DNA from: a virus | Taxonomy: Duplodnaviria; Heunggongvirae; Uroviricota; Caudoviricetes | Direction: 5' to 3' (one strand) | DNA length: 64,000 bases | IMG/VR virus record: IMGVR_UViG_3300050821_010761 | Span: 40,808 to 104,807 of that record | Shown: positions 1 to 9,671 of the stretch, piece after piece | How positions within the stretch are numbered: the first letter of the stretch is position 1 | Layout of the letters: each line of letters starts with the position of its first letter | Notes under the pieces: generated by a model | The model's database searches: none | Told to the model about the DNA's origin: nothing | The model's input: only the letters and a program-made list of their open reading frames with translations | Position numbers and translations under genes: made by a program

Positions 1-386
1 ATAGGCTTAATGTCATTTTCTACACGATCAAATATCTCCGCTGGACTATTGGTGTCGTAAATAATCATGCGATCCTGATCGATTTCAGGGAAGATTTTAC
101 CTTGGAGGGCGCCTCGCAATTCAGTGTTAAAAATGATTGCAATACCATCTGGATCACGACGCTGCATTTCTAGGACCATGGAGTAAATGGACAAAGATTT
201 TCCTGCCTTTTGTTCGGAGAAGAATAGTACAGAAGCGTTTTTTGGAATACCGTGGCTTTTGTTAGCAAAAATCCAATTAAAATAGGGACTTGGAGTATAA
301 AGACAATTTTCTTCAGCAAAAGAATCATAATTAGGATCAACGGAATCGTCATACCCACGCAGTTGTTTGGTCCATTTATTTGGCAT
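1..386 (-). CDS. RecA/UvsX-like recombinase, N-terminal part (runs off window start; not in ORF track)
   Basis: Manual translation from ATG at 386: MPNKWTKQLRGYDD...TPSPYFNWIFANKSHGIPKNASVLFFSEQKAGKSLSIY...FNTELRG. This follows the RecA pattern TGSxxLDxALGxGGLPxGRIVEIxGPESSGKT with a variant Walker A (SEQKAGKS). It lies next to UvsY-like and SSB genes. Confidence 0.8.
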   Translation of the reverse strand, partial: MPNKWTKQLRGYDDSVDPNYDSFAEENCLYTPSPYFNWIFANKSHGIPKNASVLFFSEQKAGKSLSIYSMVLEMQRRDPDGIAIIFNTELRGALQGKIFPEIDQDRMIIYDTNSPAEIFDRVENDIKP

Positions 387-389
387 TTT

Positions 390-656
390 TTATCCTGTAA
401 TCGCTTTAAGACGCTTCATTGCGGCTTGGGTTTGTATTTCTAAAATACGAATTTCTAGCATGGTCGCCAATTCTGGAATTTGATGGAGGGTACGGGTAGC
501 GTCAAAAATATCATTGTTGAATTGGTCATCCAGTAATGTTCTAGCGAGGGAGATTGTAACCGTACCATCTGGATGCATTTTACGAGGACAATCAGAAAGA
601 ATTTTAAACGCTTGCATTAGAGTCACTATCGTTTGGTTTAATTGCGTAGATTCCAT
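390..656 (-). CDS. hypothetical protein
   Basis: 88-aa ORF, GGAG RBS, co-directional in a tightly packed operon. Confidence 0.7.
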   Translation of the reverse strand: MESTQLNQTIVTLMQAFKILSDCPRKMHPDGTVTISLARTLLDDQFNNDIFDATRTLHQIPELATMLEIRILEIQTQAAMKRLKAITG

Positions 657-663
657 TTTTCTC

Positions 664-915
664 CTAAATTTTTAATACAAATGAGGAATTTGTGGCAGGG
701 TGAAGAGGCTCTGCTACCTGTTGGGCTACTTGGTTATTTGTCAACGCAATTATGGCGTCGGTAAGTTGCGCTACTCTTTTTTCTAAATTATCTAATCTCA
801 TGTGTAAAATATTCAATTCTTTCTGAAGCGCAAAGGCTGTGCCGTTAGGATTAAAGTGTTGGTTATCAAGAGATTGGATTAATCCGTCCATGTAACTTTG
901 TGGATATGGTCCCAT
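664..915 (-). CDS. hypothetical coiled-coil protein
   Basis: 83-aa ORF, start overlaps upstream stop, heptad segment LQKELNILHMRLDNLEKRVAQL. Confidence 0.7.
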   Translation of the reverse strand: MGPYPQSYMDGLIQSLDNQHFNPNGTAFALQKELNILHMRLDNLEKRVAQLTDAIIALTNNQVAQQVAEPLHPATNSSFVLKI

Positions 916-1247
916 TACTTCAACTCCAAATCTAATTTTATGTGGATTGCTTCGTTGCCATAATAACCTCGATATTCGTCGCCTTCAAGCGGACTAACAT
1001 CGTACGTTATCGGTATATCGTTTCGATGACAAAATCGCGCAAAGTCATCTCCACACACATCGAAACTATTTTTAATCAGCCCTTCCAGTTGGCGATAGGG
1101 AATATCAGTTTGGCCACCTAGTTCCACAATCTTATGCGCAGTATCAATCATTTCTAGAACTCTTAACTTGGCAGTAGACACTTTCAGTTTATTAAGTTCT
1201 TGTAGTATGTATTGCTTGTTTATTTCGTATTCTTTCTGCAAGCTCAT
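915..1247 (-). CDS. hypothetical protein
   Basis: 110-aa ORF with ATGA overlap. Confidence 0.7.
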   Translation of the reverse strand: MSLQKEYEINKQYILQELNKLKVSTAKLRVLEMIDTAHKIVELGGQTDIPYRQLEGLIKNSFDVCGDDFARFCHRNDIPITYDVSPLEGDEYRGYYGNEAIHIKLDLELK

Positions 1248-1783
1248 TTCTTCCCCGATGTAACGTAATAGTCAGCGCTGGAATTTCCGCTGCGCATTAA
1301 AAGATCCATTTTTTTCCTCATGTACCGACATACATTTTCTAATACTTTGATTTTACCGTCAAAGTTGTTTTCTAGGGCTTTCAACTGATTGACCCTATCT
1401 AGACATGCCTGATATTGTTCGTCTCTAGCAATAAAAGCTTTGCGAAGATCGGCATTGTCTTGAGTTTTCTTGATCCCCTTTTCTTCTAAATATTGAGGAT
1501 ATTTATCTAATAGAATGTCAGCCTTAGCTTCTTCTAACGCCTTTTCTGCAAAGACTATTTGATAACCGATTGCAGATAGATAGCGCTTAAGATCGCGATA
1601 TGCTTCATTAAATGTGTGTTCCAAGTCAGAGTAGGTAGAAGGATTGACCACCTTTGCTTCGATGAATCTTTGTTCTGCTTCTCTGTTGCTGCTCATGTCC
1701 ATGCGCAACTCAGGTGATGTCCCAAAAGATGGGACCACCATGACATTATCGGACGGAGCATGAACAGGTGAATTTTCGCTCAC
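1244..1783 (-). CDS. UvsY-like recombination mediator (coiled-coil)
   Basis: All-helical 179 aa. C-terminal ...RKAFIARDEQYQACLDRVNQLKALENNFDGKIKVLENVCRYMRKKM resembles the UvsY layout. Lies between SSB and the RecA-like gene. Confidence 0.5.
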   Translation of the reverse strand: MSENSPVHAPSDNVMVVPSFGTSPELRMDMSSNREAEQRFIEAKVVNPSTYSDLEHTFNEAYRDLKRYLSAIGYQIVFAEKALEEAKADILLDKYPQYLEEKGIKKTQDNADLRKAFIARDEQYQACLDRVNQLKALENNFDGKIKVLENVCRYMRKKMDLLMRSGNSSADYYVTSGKK

Positions 1784-1793
1784 CCGTTTCTCC

Positions 1794-2852
1794 TTATGAA
1801 ATACCCAATGATTTCAAGAAATCGGCGTCACTCATCTCAGTCAATTTATCTGCCGTGGTCTGGGGCGCTGGAGCAGCTTTAGGTGCAGATACTGGCGTCG
1901 AAGCAGTAAGATTAACATCCTGGGATTGAGTGGGTGCTGGAGTCGAAGTTACTGTTGTGTCTGCAACAAGTGGAAGCGCTGTTTCTGATGCCGTATTATC
2001 TGTGACATCATCATCTCCTGGTTCATCTACGACTTCTTCTTGTGTAGCGCCATCTGTAGCAAAGCCAAGAATATCATCGATGTTTGGCGAAATGCCCGTG
2101 GTCAACGCAGCTTCCTTAACGATTTGGGCTACTTGCTCAGAAGTTGGACTCTTGAACAATTGATCCAAGCGTGCTGCTTCATCTCCCAAACGATCTAGTA
2201 CATCGTCTGAAAGGCTAGAAACGTATTCTTGTTTTACTTCTACTTCTCGTCCATTAACGGTTGCCGTGATGAGTTCTTCGTACACGTCAACTTTGTAATT
2301 TGTTTCGTTGCCAGTGCCAGTGCGTGTAAACTTGAAAAAACGACGATCTTCAATGCCAAGAGGCTCAATGCCCTTCTTGCGGAGTTTATTAATTTCTTCC
2401 TGAAGTGCCATTTTGGCCTTGTGTCGAAGTTTTAATACTACGATATTACCCTGAAGATCTATAGCGTTTACATAGTGGTTCTTGTCGAGATTATATAAGG
2501 ACTTTTGTCCACCAATTAATTTGAACAGAGCTTCTTTGGTTTTCTCATCGCCAGCTTTTTTAGCTTTATCTAATTGTGCTCGCAACACGTCTAAACGCTC
2601 AACTGCCGCGTCTGGTACTTCAATCATATATGGCGGCTTACGGTTCTTAACCAAGCAGCTATTGAAGGGGCGGCTCTTGCCAGCGGCATTCTTATAGCCA
2701 TAATGAATAGCGTAATAGACGCTCCAACGACCTTCTTTTGCTAAACTTCCAATCGGAGGAAGGATGCCCCAAACGGCTTCGCCGTCTTTAATTTTTTCGA
2801 ATTTTCTTTGTGTGTTGCCGTATTTCGGTCGTCCAATTTCTACTCGTCCCAT
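1794..2852 (-). CDS. single-stranded DNA-binding protein (gp32-like)
   Basis: N-terminal GILPP...YYAIHYGY...FNSC OB-type pattern, FKFTRTGTGNETNY, long low-complexity acidic linker, C-terminal DADFLKSLGIS tail. Confidence 0.75.
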   Translation of the reverse strand: MGRVEIGRPKYGNTQRKFEKIKDGEAVWGILPPIGSLAKEGRWSVYYAIHYGYKNAAGKSRPFNSCLVKNRKPPYMIEVPDAAVERLDVLRAQLDKAKKAGDEKTKEALFKLIGGQKSLYNLDKNHYVNAIDLQGNIVVLKLRHKAKMALQEEINKLRKKGIEPLGIEDRRFFKFTRTGTGNETNYKVDVYEELITATVNGREVEVKQEYVSSLSDDVLDRLGDEAARLDQLFKSPTSEQVAQIVKEAALTTGISPNIDDILGFATDGATQEEVVDEPGDDDVTDNTASETALPLVADTTVTSTPAPTQSQDVNLTASTPVSAPKAAPAPQTTADKLTEMSDADFLKSLGIS

Positions 2853-2861
2853 TTTTTCTCC

Positions 2862-3650
2862 CTATTTTTTAAGTAAAGTTTTCATCGAATCAATTGTAGC
2901 TTTTACATTCTCTTCTGTCACTTCTTTTACTTTGAAAGTATTGATGCTTTCCGAAGAGAAATTATTCAAAGACTTTGATACCTTGCCTGCCAAAACAAGC
3001 ATAACACGATTGCCACGAATTCCCAAGTCTTTAAGTAAATCTTGAGTGAGTTTTTCATCGCTAGTGGACAAAAGGATAGAAGTCGTCTTACCAGAATGAT
3101 TGCGATTGATAGCTTCATCAAGAATCGAAGTCGTAGCTTGAATACCAACGATTTCGGCACCAATTTGTTCATTGATGGCCTCTTTAACGATTGATGTAAA
3201 TTCTTCCTGCGTCTTTACTGGCTTTAGATATTTTTCCTTAAAGATCAATTGATTATATTGATTGGCGTCCAATTCCATCATCTTGTCTTCGAGATGACGT
3301 CCTAAAACGTCGAACAAATTCTGTTGGCCCTCTTTACCTAAATAAAGCGTGGGATGAATGCGTCCAGATAGATCAGAATAAAACTGATCAGGATCGGCAG
3401 AAAACAGTTTGAATCCTTCGCCAGTTGCAATTGTTTCAAAATCTTTTCTTTGTGAGCCAGCCACGATAATGAAAACCGCACTCTTTAGAAGATCAAGTCG
3501 ATACATACTTTTTAACACAGCAAGCTGTTCGATTGCTTGATTTTTTCTTCCACGGCGACCATTCAGTGTCTCTGCTGGTCCATCTTCTACATTTTCATTA
3601 GCGAATTGCTTATAGCTATTGATTTGATTTAAAACACTTTCAAGTGACAT
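2862..3650 (-). CDS. hypothetical protein
   Basis: 262-aa ORF with GGAG RBS, no confident motif. Confidence 0.75.
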   Translation of the reverse strand: MSLESVLNQINSYKQFANENVEDGPAETLNGRRGRKNQAIEQLAVLKSMYRLDLLKSAVFIIVAGSQRKDFETIATGEGFKLFSADPDQFYSDLSGRIHPTLYLGKEGQQNLFDVLGRHLEDKMMELDANQYNQLIFKEKYLKPVKTQEEFTSIVKEAINEQIGAEIVGIQATTSILDEAINRNHSGKTTSILLSTSDEKLTQDLLKDLGIRGNRVMLVLAGKVSKSLNNFSSESINTFKVKEVTEENVKATIDSMKTLLKK

Positions 3651-3659
3651 GTGTGCTCC

Positions 3660-3866
3660 CTAAGATAAAATCTTAACTGCTAAAGTTACTAGTGCTGTAA
3701 GTGCGGTGATGCCCAACAGAAAATTTACAAGGTGTCCGAGACCGATTCCTACGGTTATGAGAAAAGCAGTTCTAAATGGGGTCTTGCTTGTTGCTGCCAA
3801 TGCTGATGTCGTAAGCGTTGCAAAAGTGTTCGTCACACCAGTGGGGTTTGTAGTATTATCGTTCAT
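3660..3866 (-). CDS. small membrane protein
   Basis: 68 aa, hydrophobic C-terminal half, GGAG RBS. Confidence 0.6.
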   Translation of the reverse strand: MNDNTTNPTGVTNTFATLTTSALAATSKTPFRTAFLITVGIGLGHLVNFLLGITALTALVTLAVKILS

Positions 3867-3923
3867 TTTTTCTCCTTATGAGATGAATGTATCATGGCGA
3901 TACGATTTGGGTCAAGAATTATT

Positions 3924-4742
3924 TTAATTGCAAACGTTTTTTTCTTTAGAAGCCAACTTACCAGTTGCCACAGCCGTAGCTTGTGAGGTGCCCGTCATAT
4001 ACATACATTGTCCAGGAACGCACACCTTGACATTTGTACCTTTTTCCCACATATTAACTCTATCTCCGAAATTACTAGTGGGATTATGGGTTTCTCCATT
4101 TGAATAAAGGTTTCCTACTACTATCACACGATCATCATCCATGGCAGGATAATATGGTTTTTTTGCCAAATCAGATCTTTCGTTTCCTGCAGCTGCTACA
4201 AATTTTCCGCCAGCATCTATGAATGCTTTTACGGCCTGTTTTTCCTCATCCCTGGTAGAAAGTCCTCCACCAGAATAATTGAAATATTTTGCATGAATGC
4301 TTGTTGCGTAGTTAATTGCTTTGATGGTATTTTCTAAATTATCATTATTTTCTGAATCTGAAGATGGATTGTAGTATTTCAATATGACTATGCAATAATT
4401 TACATTCGTCTGTTTTAAGATTCCGTCTATGATACCAGCGACATGTGTTCCATGTCCGTGATCATCCGATGGAACTGGATCAACAGTAGCGTAGTCTGCA
4501 AGCGGATGAAATTTTTGAACAGAAGTGAAGTCTCTGTGACCAAACTTGCAAAGTTTTATTTTGAGATCAAATAATGTTGCTCCAAATCCAGTATCTGCTA
4601 TTGCTACCACAATTGGTTTTCGCGTGCAAGGTATGCCCACCCTTTTCTTTGGCTTTTTAACTGGGAATGGTTGACTCGGTGCTGTTCCACAGCTAATCAA
4701 AGCTAACATTACTGATAAAATCAACGAAAAAGATACTTTCAT
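3924..4742 (-). CDS. subtilisin-like serine protease (S8), predicted lipoprotein
   Basis: Triad motifs VAIADTG, HGHGTHVAGII, GTSQAT; oxyanion AAAGNE; signal peptide ending LISC. Confidence 0.9.
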   Translation of the reverse strand: MKVSFSLILSVMLALISCGTAPSQPFPVKKPKKRVGIPCTRKPIVVAIADTGFGATLFDLKIKLCKFGHRDFTSVQKFHPLADYATVDPVPSDDHGHGTHVAGIIDGILKQTNVNYCIVILKYYNPSSDSENNDNLENTIKAINYATSIHAKYFNYSGGGLSTRDEEKQAVKAFIDAGGKFVAAAGNERSDLAKKPYYPAMDDDRVIVVGNLYSNGETHNPTSNFGDRVNMWEKGTNVKVCVPGQCMYMTGTSQATAVATGKLASKEKNVCN

Positions 4743-4748
4743 TCTTTA

Positions 4749-4777
4749 ACTATATTACAAAATGGGACGGTAGTCAA
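4749..4777 (-). promoter_or_regulatory. sigma70-type promoter TTGACT-17-TATAGT, probably leaderless for the subtilase
   Basis: Hexamers read directly; ATG is 6 nt after the -10 box; no SD. Confidence 0.65.
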
Positions 4778-7700
4778 GTCTCAACAACCACGCTAATAAT
4801 AGCCATATCCTTCCTGCCTATCTTTTTTCTGAAAAACGCCGTTATGATGCTACCTTTTTTAAGTTCTGGTGGATATACTAGTTTTCCACTCTCATATTCG
4901 GGCCACATGACCTTTTCTGAAACATAGCCGTCCGCGTCAAGAACCAATTTGAGAGCCCGCTTTGTGCCGTTAGAAAATGAGAATTCTTTAGCTTGGATAA
5001 CAAAACAAGTAGCGGCTATGTATACGTCTTTTTCCAACGTCTCGCCAGTCATTTCGTCTAGGCGTTGCAACTTCTCTCCATTTATGAGCAGAGTTTTATA
5101 ACCTTTGGCATTGATAACCATTGGAACACCAGCGCCTTGATTAGAAAGGACTTTTGAATGATTCTTGCCTAGATCAAACATGTTGATTGGCAAAGATGGT
5201 AAAACTGCCTTTTTCATTGCCGCTTCTTTTATTGGAAACTTTTCAATTTCTATGTATTCTTCTGGAATCTCACTTTCTTTTGGTCCTGTGGAGCGAACTT
5301 TTTTGCCTTCTTTTGCCGCTTTTTCAAGTTTATCAGAGTAAGCTTTAGCTTCGACTGCGTCTTGATACATCTTAAGTTTTTCTAAAAGGCCAGTTTTAGG
5401 AGGAAATAGGCTATCAAGTACCCCAACATGAATGAGCTTATGACTAAGACTGTCCCCAGCAACATCTTTATCAACAAATTCTTTAATGTTTGCATATGGT
5501 CTTCCGTTGACGATTGGATCTATTGTAGCATCGCCCATTCCTCTAATGACGCCTAGTTTGGAGCGAATTTTCTCATTGGCGTAGTCAACTACCATATGAT
5601 CACCAGATAGATTAATGTCTGGCGGCAATACCATGTCTTTAACATAAGGCCAGAAAGTGCCTGTGATTTCTTGCTCAGAAGCATTTGTAAGAATTGCAGC
5701 CCACCATTCAAGTGAATAATAATGCCTTAAGAACATGCAAGCATAAGCAATGTGCATATAACCAACTGCATGAGAAGAATTGAATCCGTATCTTCCGAAA
5801 GTGACCATCTGCTCCCAAATTTTTTCCGCTGTTTCCAGGGAGACCTTTTTTGTAGCACCTTCCAAGAAATCAGGCTTCATTTTGGTCAACTTATCCATTT
5901 TCTTCTTAGCCATGTTTTCTCTAAGAAGTTCCGCTGTTTCCGCATCCATATCGGCTAAGCCACTAGCGATCTTATTTAAATTTTCTTGGAAAACCAACAC
6001 GCCGTAAGTATCAGGCAAAAGGTCTGCCATTTCTTGGATATCTGGCGAAGATTCGCCTTTTCTTCTGAGCATATATTCTTCGATCATGTTTCTGCCAGTG
6101 TTAGGATCTATGTAATCCGCTGGACCAGGACGAACGAGTGCAGTCAAAGTAGCTAAGTCCATCATGCTTTTTGGCAGCATTTCCATTAGATGGGGCCTAA
6201 CCGCATTAGTACTGAGTTGAAAAATGGTTTCTGTGGAACCGTTCCAAGTAGATTGGTAAACTTCTAATATTTCTGGTAGATCCCAAATGTAAAGTTTCTC
6301 GCCCTTGTGAGTGAAATAACCTACTGTATTTTTTTCATTATTTTTTTTATTAATCAAGTCAAGACAAATTCTAATATCTTTGAGTTGCGCCACTGTAAGA
6401 AAGTCGTACTTGATCAAACCTGCCGACTCAGTCTCCTTAGCTTCGTACTGGGTTATGCAACCTTCCTTGGTGGGAATTACGTTTTTAATGGGCACGTCAG
6501 CCAAAACGAAAGCGCAAGGATGCTGACCAAAGGCTCTCGTGATGCCCATGGCTTTAGAAACAATTTCCCATTCTTGTGGATATTTGTTTGCATATTGTTG
6601 CAATTCAGTAGATTGATCAATCAATCCAGGAACGTGGGTACCATCTGATTCATTTTCATAGCCTAGGACATACTTGGTATCAGAAATTCCAGTTGGCGGT
6701 GTCCCGAAACCCTTAGTCAATACCTCAATTTCTGGCAATACCTTACCATGGAAGTATCTATTAGTATCTTTTATGGCACTCTTAAGACGAATTGTGGTTC
6801 TAGTACTAATTCTAGCTGCTTTATCGCCCCATCGACTATACAAATAGCCGCTTTTGCCATCTTCGCCAGTTAATAACTCCTGACTTTCTAGATCTGTATC
6901 TATATCTGGCAATTTTTTACTTTGAATTCTGACCATGGAAAAGAAGCGTTGAAAAGGAAGATCGTATTTGAATGGATTGATCTGTGTGATTCCAGTAATG
7001 TAGCATAGCAGTGAGCCTCCAGAACTACCTCTCAAGGGACCAACCAGTTGACCATTTTCTTGATAATGATTTAGAACGTTGCGAATTGGCAAAAAATAGG
7101 GTGCAAGATCGTAAACTCCATTTCCATGAATAACTTCTATTTCTTCTTTGAGTCTAGCAACATATTTAGGATCGTCCCATTTCATACGACCAGTCTCTTT
7201 GGCTATCTTCATCAGTTCTTGTATAGCTGAGCCTTCGCTTTTCGCCAAGCGCCAATCGTACTTGAGTGAAAAATTGTCATATTTCTCTGCCCAGGAGGCA
7301 TTATTGTGCAAGTAGATGGATGTAGACAAAGGATCTATCCCTAGAACATCAACTAAGTATTGACCCATTTCTGTGAAATCTTTCATGTAATAATTGGGCT
7401 GCAATTTGTTATTGCCCTCTAATCGCATAGTCTGGACGATCTTATCTTCCTTGTTGGCATAATAAGCATAATCAGAAACCATTACGGTTACGTCGTGTTT
7501 ATTTGCTAAAGCTACTAGGAATTTATTGACTTTGGTTTGTGCGTCTCCACCAGGCAATGGCAGAAAGCCTTTGTGCAACTTAACGGAATCTATGTCTTTA
7601 TTGATTTCGTAGAATGCCATGCCCTTAGTTAAGGACTTGATCGTAGAATGTCCAGATCTTTCTGCTAAATCGAGAGCTTTGATCCTACGAGCCCTATCGG

Positions 7701-8376
7701 TCGTCACAGTATCGTTGGCTAAAATTGCGTCCTTAGTACCATCCGTATATTTGATCTCTACTACCTGACTCCACTTTTTCATGTATGGTTCAGCGATCAA
7801 AGCGATCCAGAGTCTTTCCCAACCGAAAATTTCTTTGAGTTTTTCTAGAATCTTTTGTCCAGCTTCAGCTGCGCCCGCGAGCATGGTTTTTCCAACCATG
7901 CAATGTACGCCGCCGATGACAAAATCGACGTTGAACTGCGATATGAATTTAAGATCTTTCCATGACCAAAGTTGCTGTTTTTCTTCATAGATCTCGATAG
8001 TCGGTAAGTCCGTTCGACTAACAAACTTGACTAATTCTTGATAGGCTGCTTGGTCTCTGCAATAGATAGTGGCATTGAAATATTTACAGCGATCAGCAGG
8101 AGTACCAGCTACAAAAGGGCACTGAGGATCTTTAAAGAATATTTCTATTCCAGGAATGAATTTCATCCCCTCTTTAGTGCATTGCTCATAGGCTTTCATG
8201 GCAGAAGAAAGATGGCCCATATCAGTATAGGCGAAATATTTTCTTCCAAGTTCCTTAGCTTTGGCAACCATAGCTGGTAGGGTAGCTCCAGTCAATGGGG
8301 ATTCAGGATGGCAATGTGGGCTCACCGTAAGTATTGGAGTTTCAACTGGGGTTTCTGGTGTAACGATTCTGATCAT
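4774..8376 (-). CDS. dnaE: DNA polymerase III alpha subunit (family C)
   Basis: PHP start SPHCHPES...YTDMGH; RGSSGGSL; catalytic KLPDIDTD; HPCAF; IKYDFL; VLVFQE; YGFNSSHAVGY; C-terminal OB fold. Confidence 0.95.
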   Translation of the reverse strand: MIRIVTPETPVETPILTVSPHCHPESPLTGATLPAMVAKAKELGRKYFAYTDMGHLSSAMKAYEQCTKEGMKFIPGIEIFFKDPQCPFVAGTPADRCKYFNATIYCRDQAAYQELVKFVSRTDLPTIEIYEEKQQLWSWKDLKFISQFNVDFVIGGVHCMVGKTMLAGAAEAGQKILEKLKEIFGWERLWIALIAEPYMKKWSQVVEIKYTDGTKDAILANDTVTTDRARRIKALDLAERSGHSTIKSLTKGMAFYEINKDIDSVKLHKGFLPLPGGDAQTKVNKFLVALANKHDVTVMVSDYAYYANKEDKIVQTMRLEGNNKLQPNYYMKDFTEMGQYLVDVLGIDPLSTSIYLHNNASWAEKYDNFSLKYDWRLAKSEGSAIQELMKIAKETGRMKWDDPKYVARLKEEIEVIHGNGVYDLAPYFLPIRNVLNHYQENGQLVGPLRGSSGGSLLCYITGITQINPFKYDLPFQRFFSMVRIQSKKLPDIDTDLESQELLTGEDGKSGYLYSRWGDKAARISTRTTIRLKSAIKDTNRYFHGKVLPEIEVLTKGFGTPPTGISDTKYVLGYENESDGTHVPGLIDQSTELQQYANKYPQEWEIVSKAMGITRAFGQHPCAFVLADVPIKNVIPTKEGCITQYEAKETESAGLIKYDFLTVAQLKDIRICLDLINKKNNEKNTVGYFTHKGEKLYIWDLPEILEVYQSTWNGSTETIFQLSTNAVRPHLMEMLPKSMMDLATLTALVRPGPADYIDPNTGRNMIEEYMLRRKGESSPDIQEMADLLPDTYGVLVFQENLNKIASGLADMDAETAELLRENMAKKKMDKLTKMKPDFLEGATKKVSLETAEKIWEQMVTFGRYGFNSSHAVGYMHIAYACMFLRHYYSLEWWAAILTNASEQEITGTFWPYVKDMVLPPDINLSGDHMVVDYANEKIRSKLGVIRGMGDATIDPIVNGRPYANIKEFVDKDVAGDSLSHKLIHVGVLDSLFPPKTGLLEKLKMYQDAVEAKAYSDKLEKAAKEGKKVRSTGPKESEIPEEYIEIEKFPIKEAAMKKAVLPSLPINMFDLGKNHSKVLSNQGAGVPMVINAKGYKTLLINGEKLQRLDEMTGETLEKDVYIAATCFVIQAKEFSFSNGTKRALKLVLDADGYVSEKVMWPEYESGKLVYPPELKKGSIITAFFRKKIGRKDMAIISVVVET

Positions 8377-8627
8377 TATTCTCTAGTGAAAGGATTGAAT
8401 TGTTTAAATAAATAAGGCTCTTCATTTTGGAATATATCTTCCAATGCTTTCATAAAAAGCCAAGCATCTCCCTTTGATAAGCCTACTATCTCTTTCCCCT
8501 CTCGGACGAAAGTAATTACATCCGATGTTCCATGGTATTGAGCATAATACGATTCTTCCGTGGAATCCATTTTGCCACAATCATAGGGGTCGTTATATTT
8601 TACTGTTCTGGTCTGGTAGCCGCTCAT
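8376..8627 (-). CDS. hypothetical protein
   Basis: 83-aa ORF, GGAGG RBS. Confidence 0.65.
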   Translation of the reverse strand: MSGYQTRTVKYNDPYDCGKMDSTEESYYAQYHGTSDVITFVREGKEIVGLSKGDAWLFMKALEDIFQNEEPYLFKQFNPFTRE

Positions 8628-8803
8628 TCTGCCTCCGACAAAGCGGCGCGGAAGTTATAGGATAGAGCTAAATTAACGCCGAAAGCATTTAATTCGACCG
8701 TAGTATATTCTACTGCCTCATTCCTAATGAAGTCTCTGCGCACATTTGGCCAGAGTCGTTCGTCGGTTACAATCACGCTGAATGTAAAGTAATATTTACT
8801 CAT
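8624..8803 (-). CDS. hypothetical protein (59 aa, not in ORF track)
   Basis: MSKYYFTFSVIVTDERLW...LSEAE*; GGAGG RBS; ATGA overlaps at both ends fill the gap exactly. Confidence 0.65.
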   Translation of the reverse strand: MSKYYFTFSVIVTDERLWPNVRRDFIRNEAVEYTTVELNAFGVNLALSYNFRAALSEAE

Positions 8804-9435
8804 TCTGCCTCCAACAGGGAGATCAGGTCTTGCGTAGAGCCAGAACTTTCTTTCTTCGATTTCATGATTTCAAGAAGTTTTTTGTAAACATCCACAGTCA
8901 TTAAGGTATCGTCTTTGGCAGAGTGAGCATTCCTTTTGGGTAAATTCAGAAAATCTACCACGGAACCAAGGTTGCCGAGATCGCGAGGGAACCAGCCAGA
9001 ATCCTTAAGAAGCCAAATGATTGGATTCGTGTCTATATTTCTATAATGACAGAACTTTTCCCACTCGTCTTTTCTCATGATGTGGTGAGAGATGAAATTC
9101 AAGTCGAAAGGAATATTGTGCCCAAGGGGAATTAGATTGCTGTAACGACCTGGCAAGCGATGCTTCTTTAGCATTGTTGAGATTTTTTCTTTAGCTTCTG
9201 AATAGGTCAACGTAGAAGGATCTGCCAGGTGTTTTTGAAGATCGATACCGTTAACTTTCATCGCCCCAGCTTCTGTAACGGGTAGACGATCATTGTCTGG
9301 TTTTAATTTCAGGTCCAATTCTTCCAGGATTTGAAAGTTATCATCAATCACAGAAATATAAAGCGTAAGAAGATCGCTGGTCTTTGGATCCAAGCCACCA
9401 GTTTCGCAGTCTAGGGGCACATATAATTGACTCAT
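8800..9435 (-). CDS. DEDDh 3'-5' exonuclease (DnaQ/epsilon-like)
   Basis: ExoI LDCETGGLD, ExoII GHNIPFDLNF, ExoIII AHSAKDDT; just upstream of dnaE. Confidence 0.9.
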   Translation of the reverse strand: MSQLYVPLDCETGGLDPKTSDLLTLYISVIDDNFQILEELDLKLKPDNDRLPVTEAGAMKVNGIDLQKHLADPSTLTYSEAKEKISTMLKKHRLPGRYSNLIPLGHNIPFDLNFISHHIMRKDEWEKFCHYRNIDTNPIIWLLKDSGWFPRDLGNLGSVVDFLNLPKRNAHSAKDDTLMTVDVYKKLLEIMKSKKESSGSTQDLISLLEAE

Positions 9436-9671
9436 GGCTGATTTTCCACGTAAGCAATTGATCCGTTCGCCATGACTTTAAGCATAGGAACTTGGATTTC
9501 ATATTGATCAACATATATATGGGGAATGGATTCGTAATACCGATATGCTGCTTCTTGTGCGGTTCTCCGTAATTGGTCTAGCGTGTTTTGCGTCATTTTT
9601 TCTCCGTAGAAAGGCTCAACAGCTTCTTGTATAGCTTTTTTAAATCCTTCTTCAATTTCCTGCTGTGTCAT
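9432..9671 (-). CDS. hypothetical protein
   Basis: 79-aa ORF with overlapping start/stop. Confidence 0.65.
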   Translation of the reverse strand: MTQQEIEEGFKKAIQEAVEPFYGEKMTQNTLDQLRRTAQEAAYRYYESIPHIYVDQYEIQVPMLKVMANGSIAYVENQP

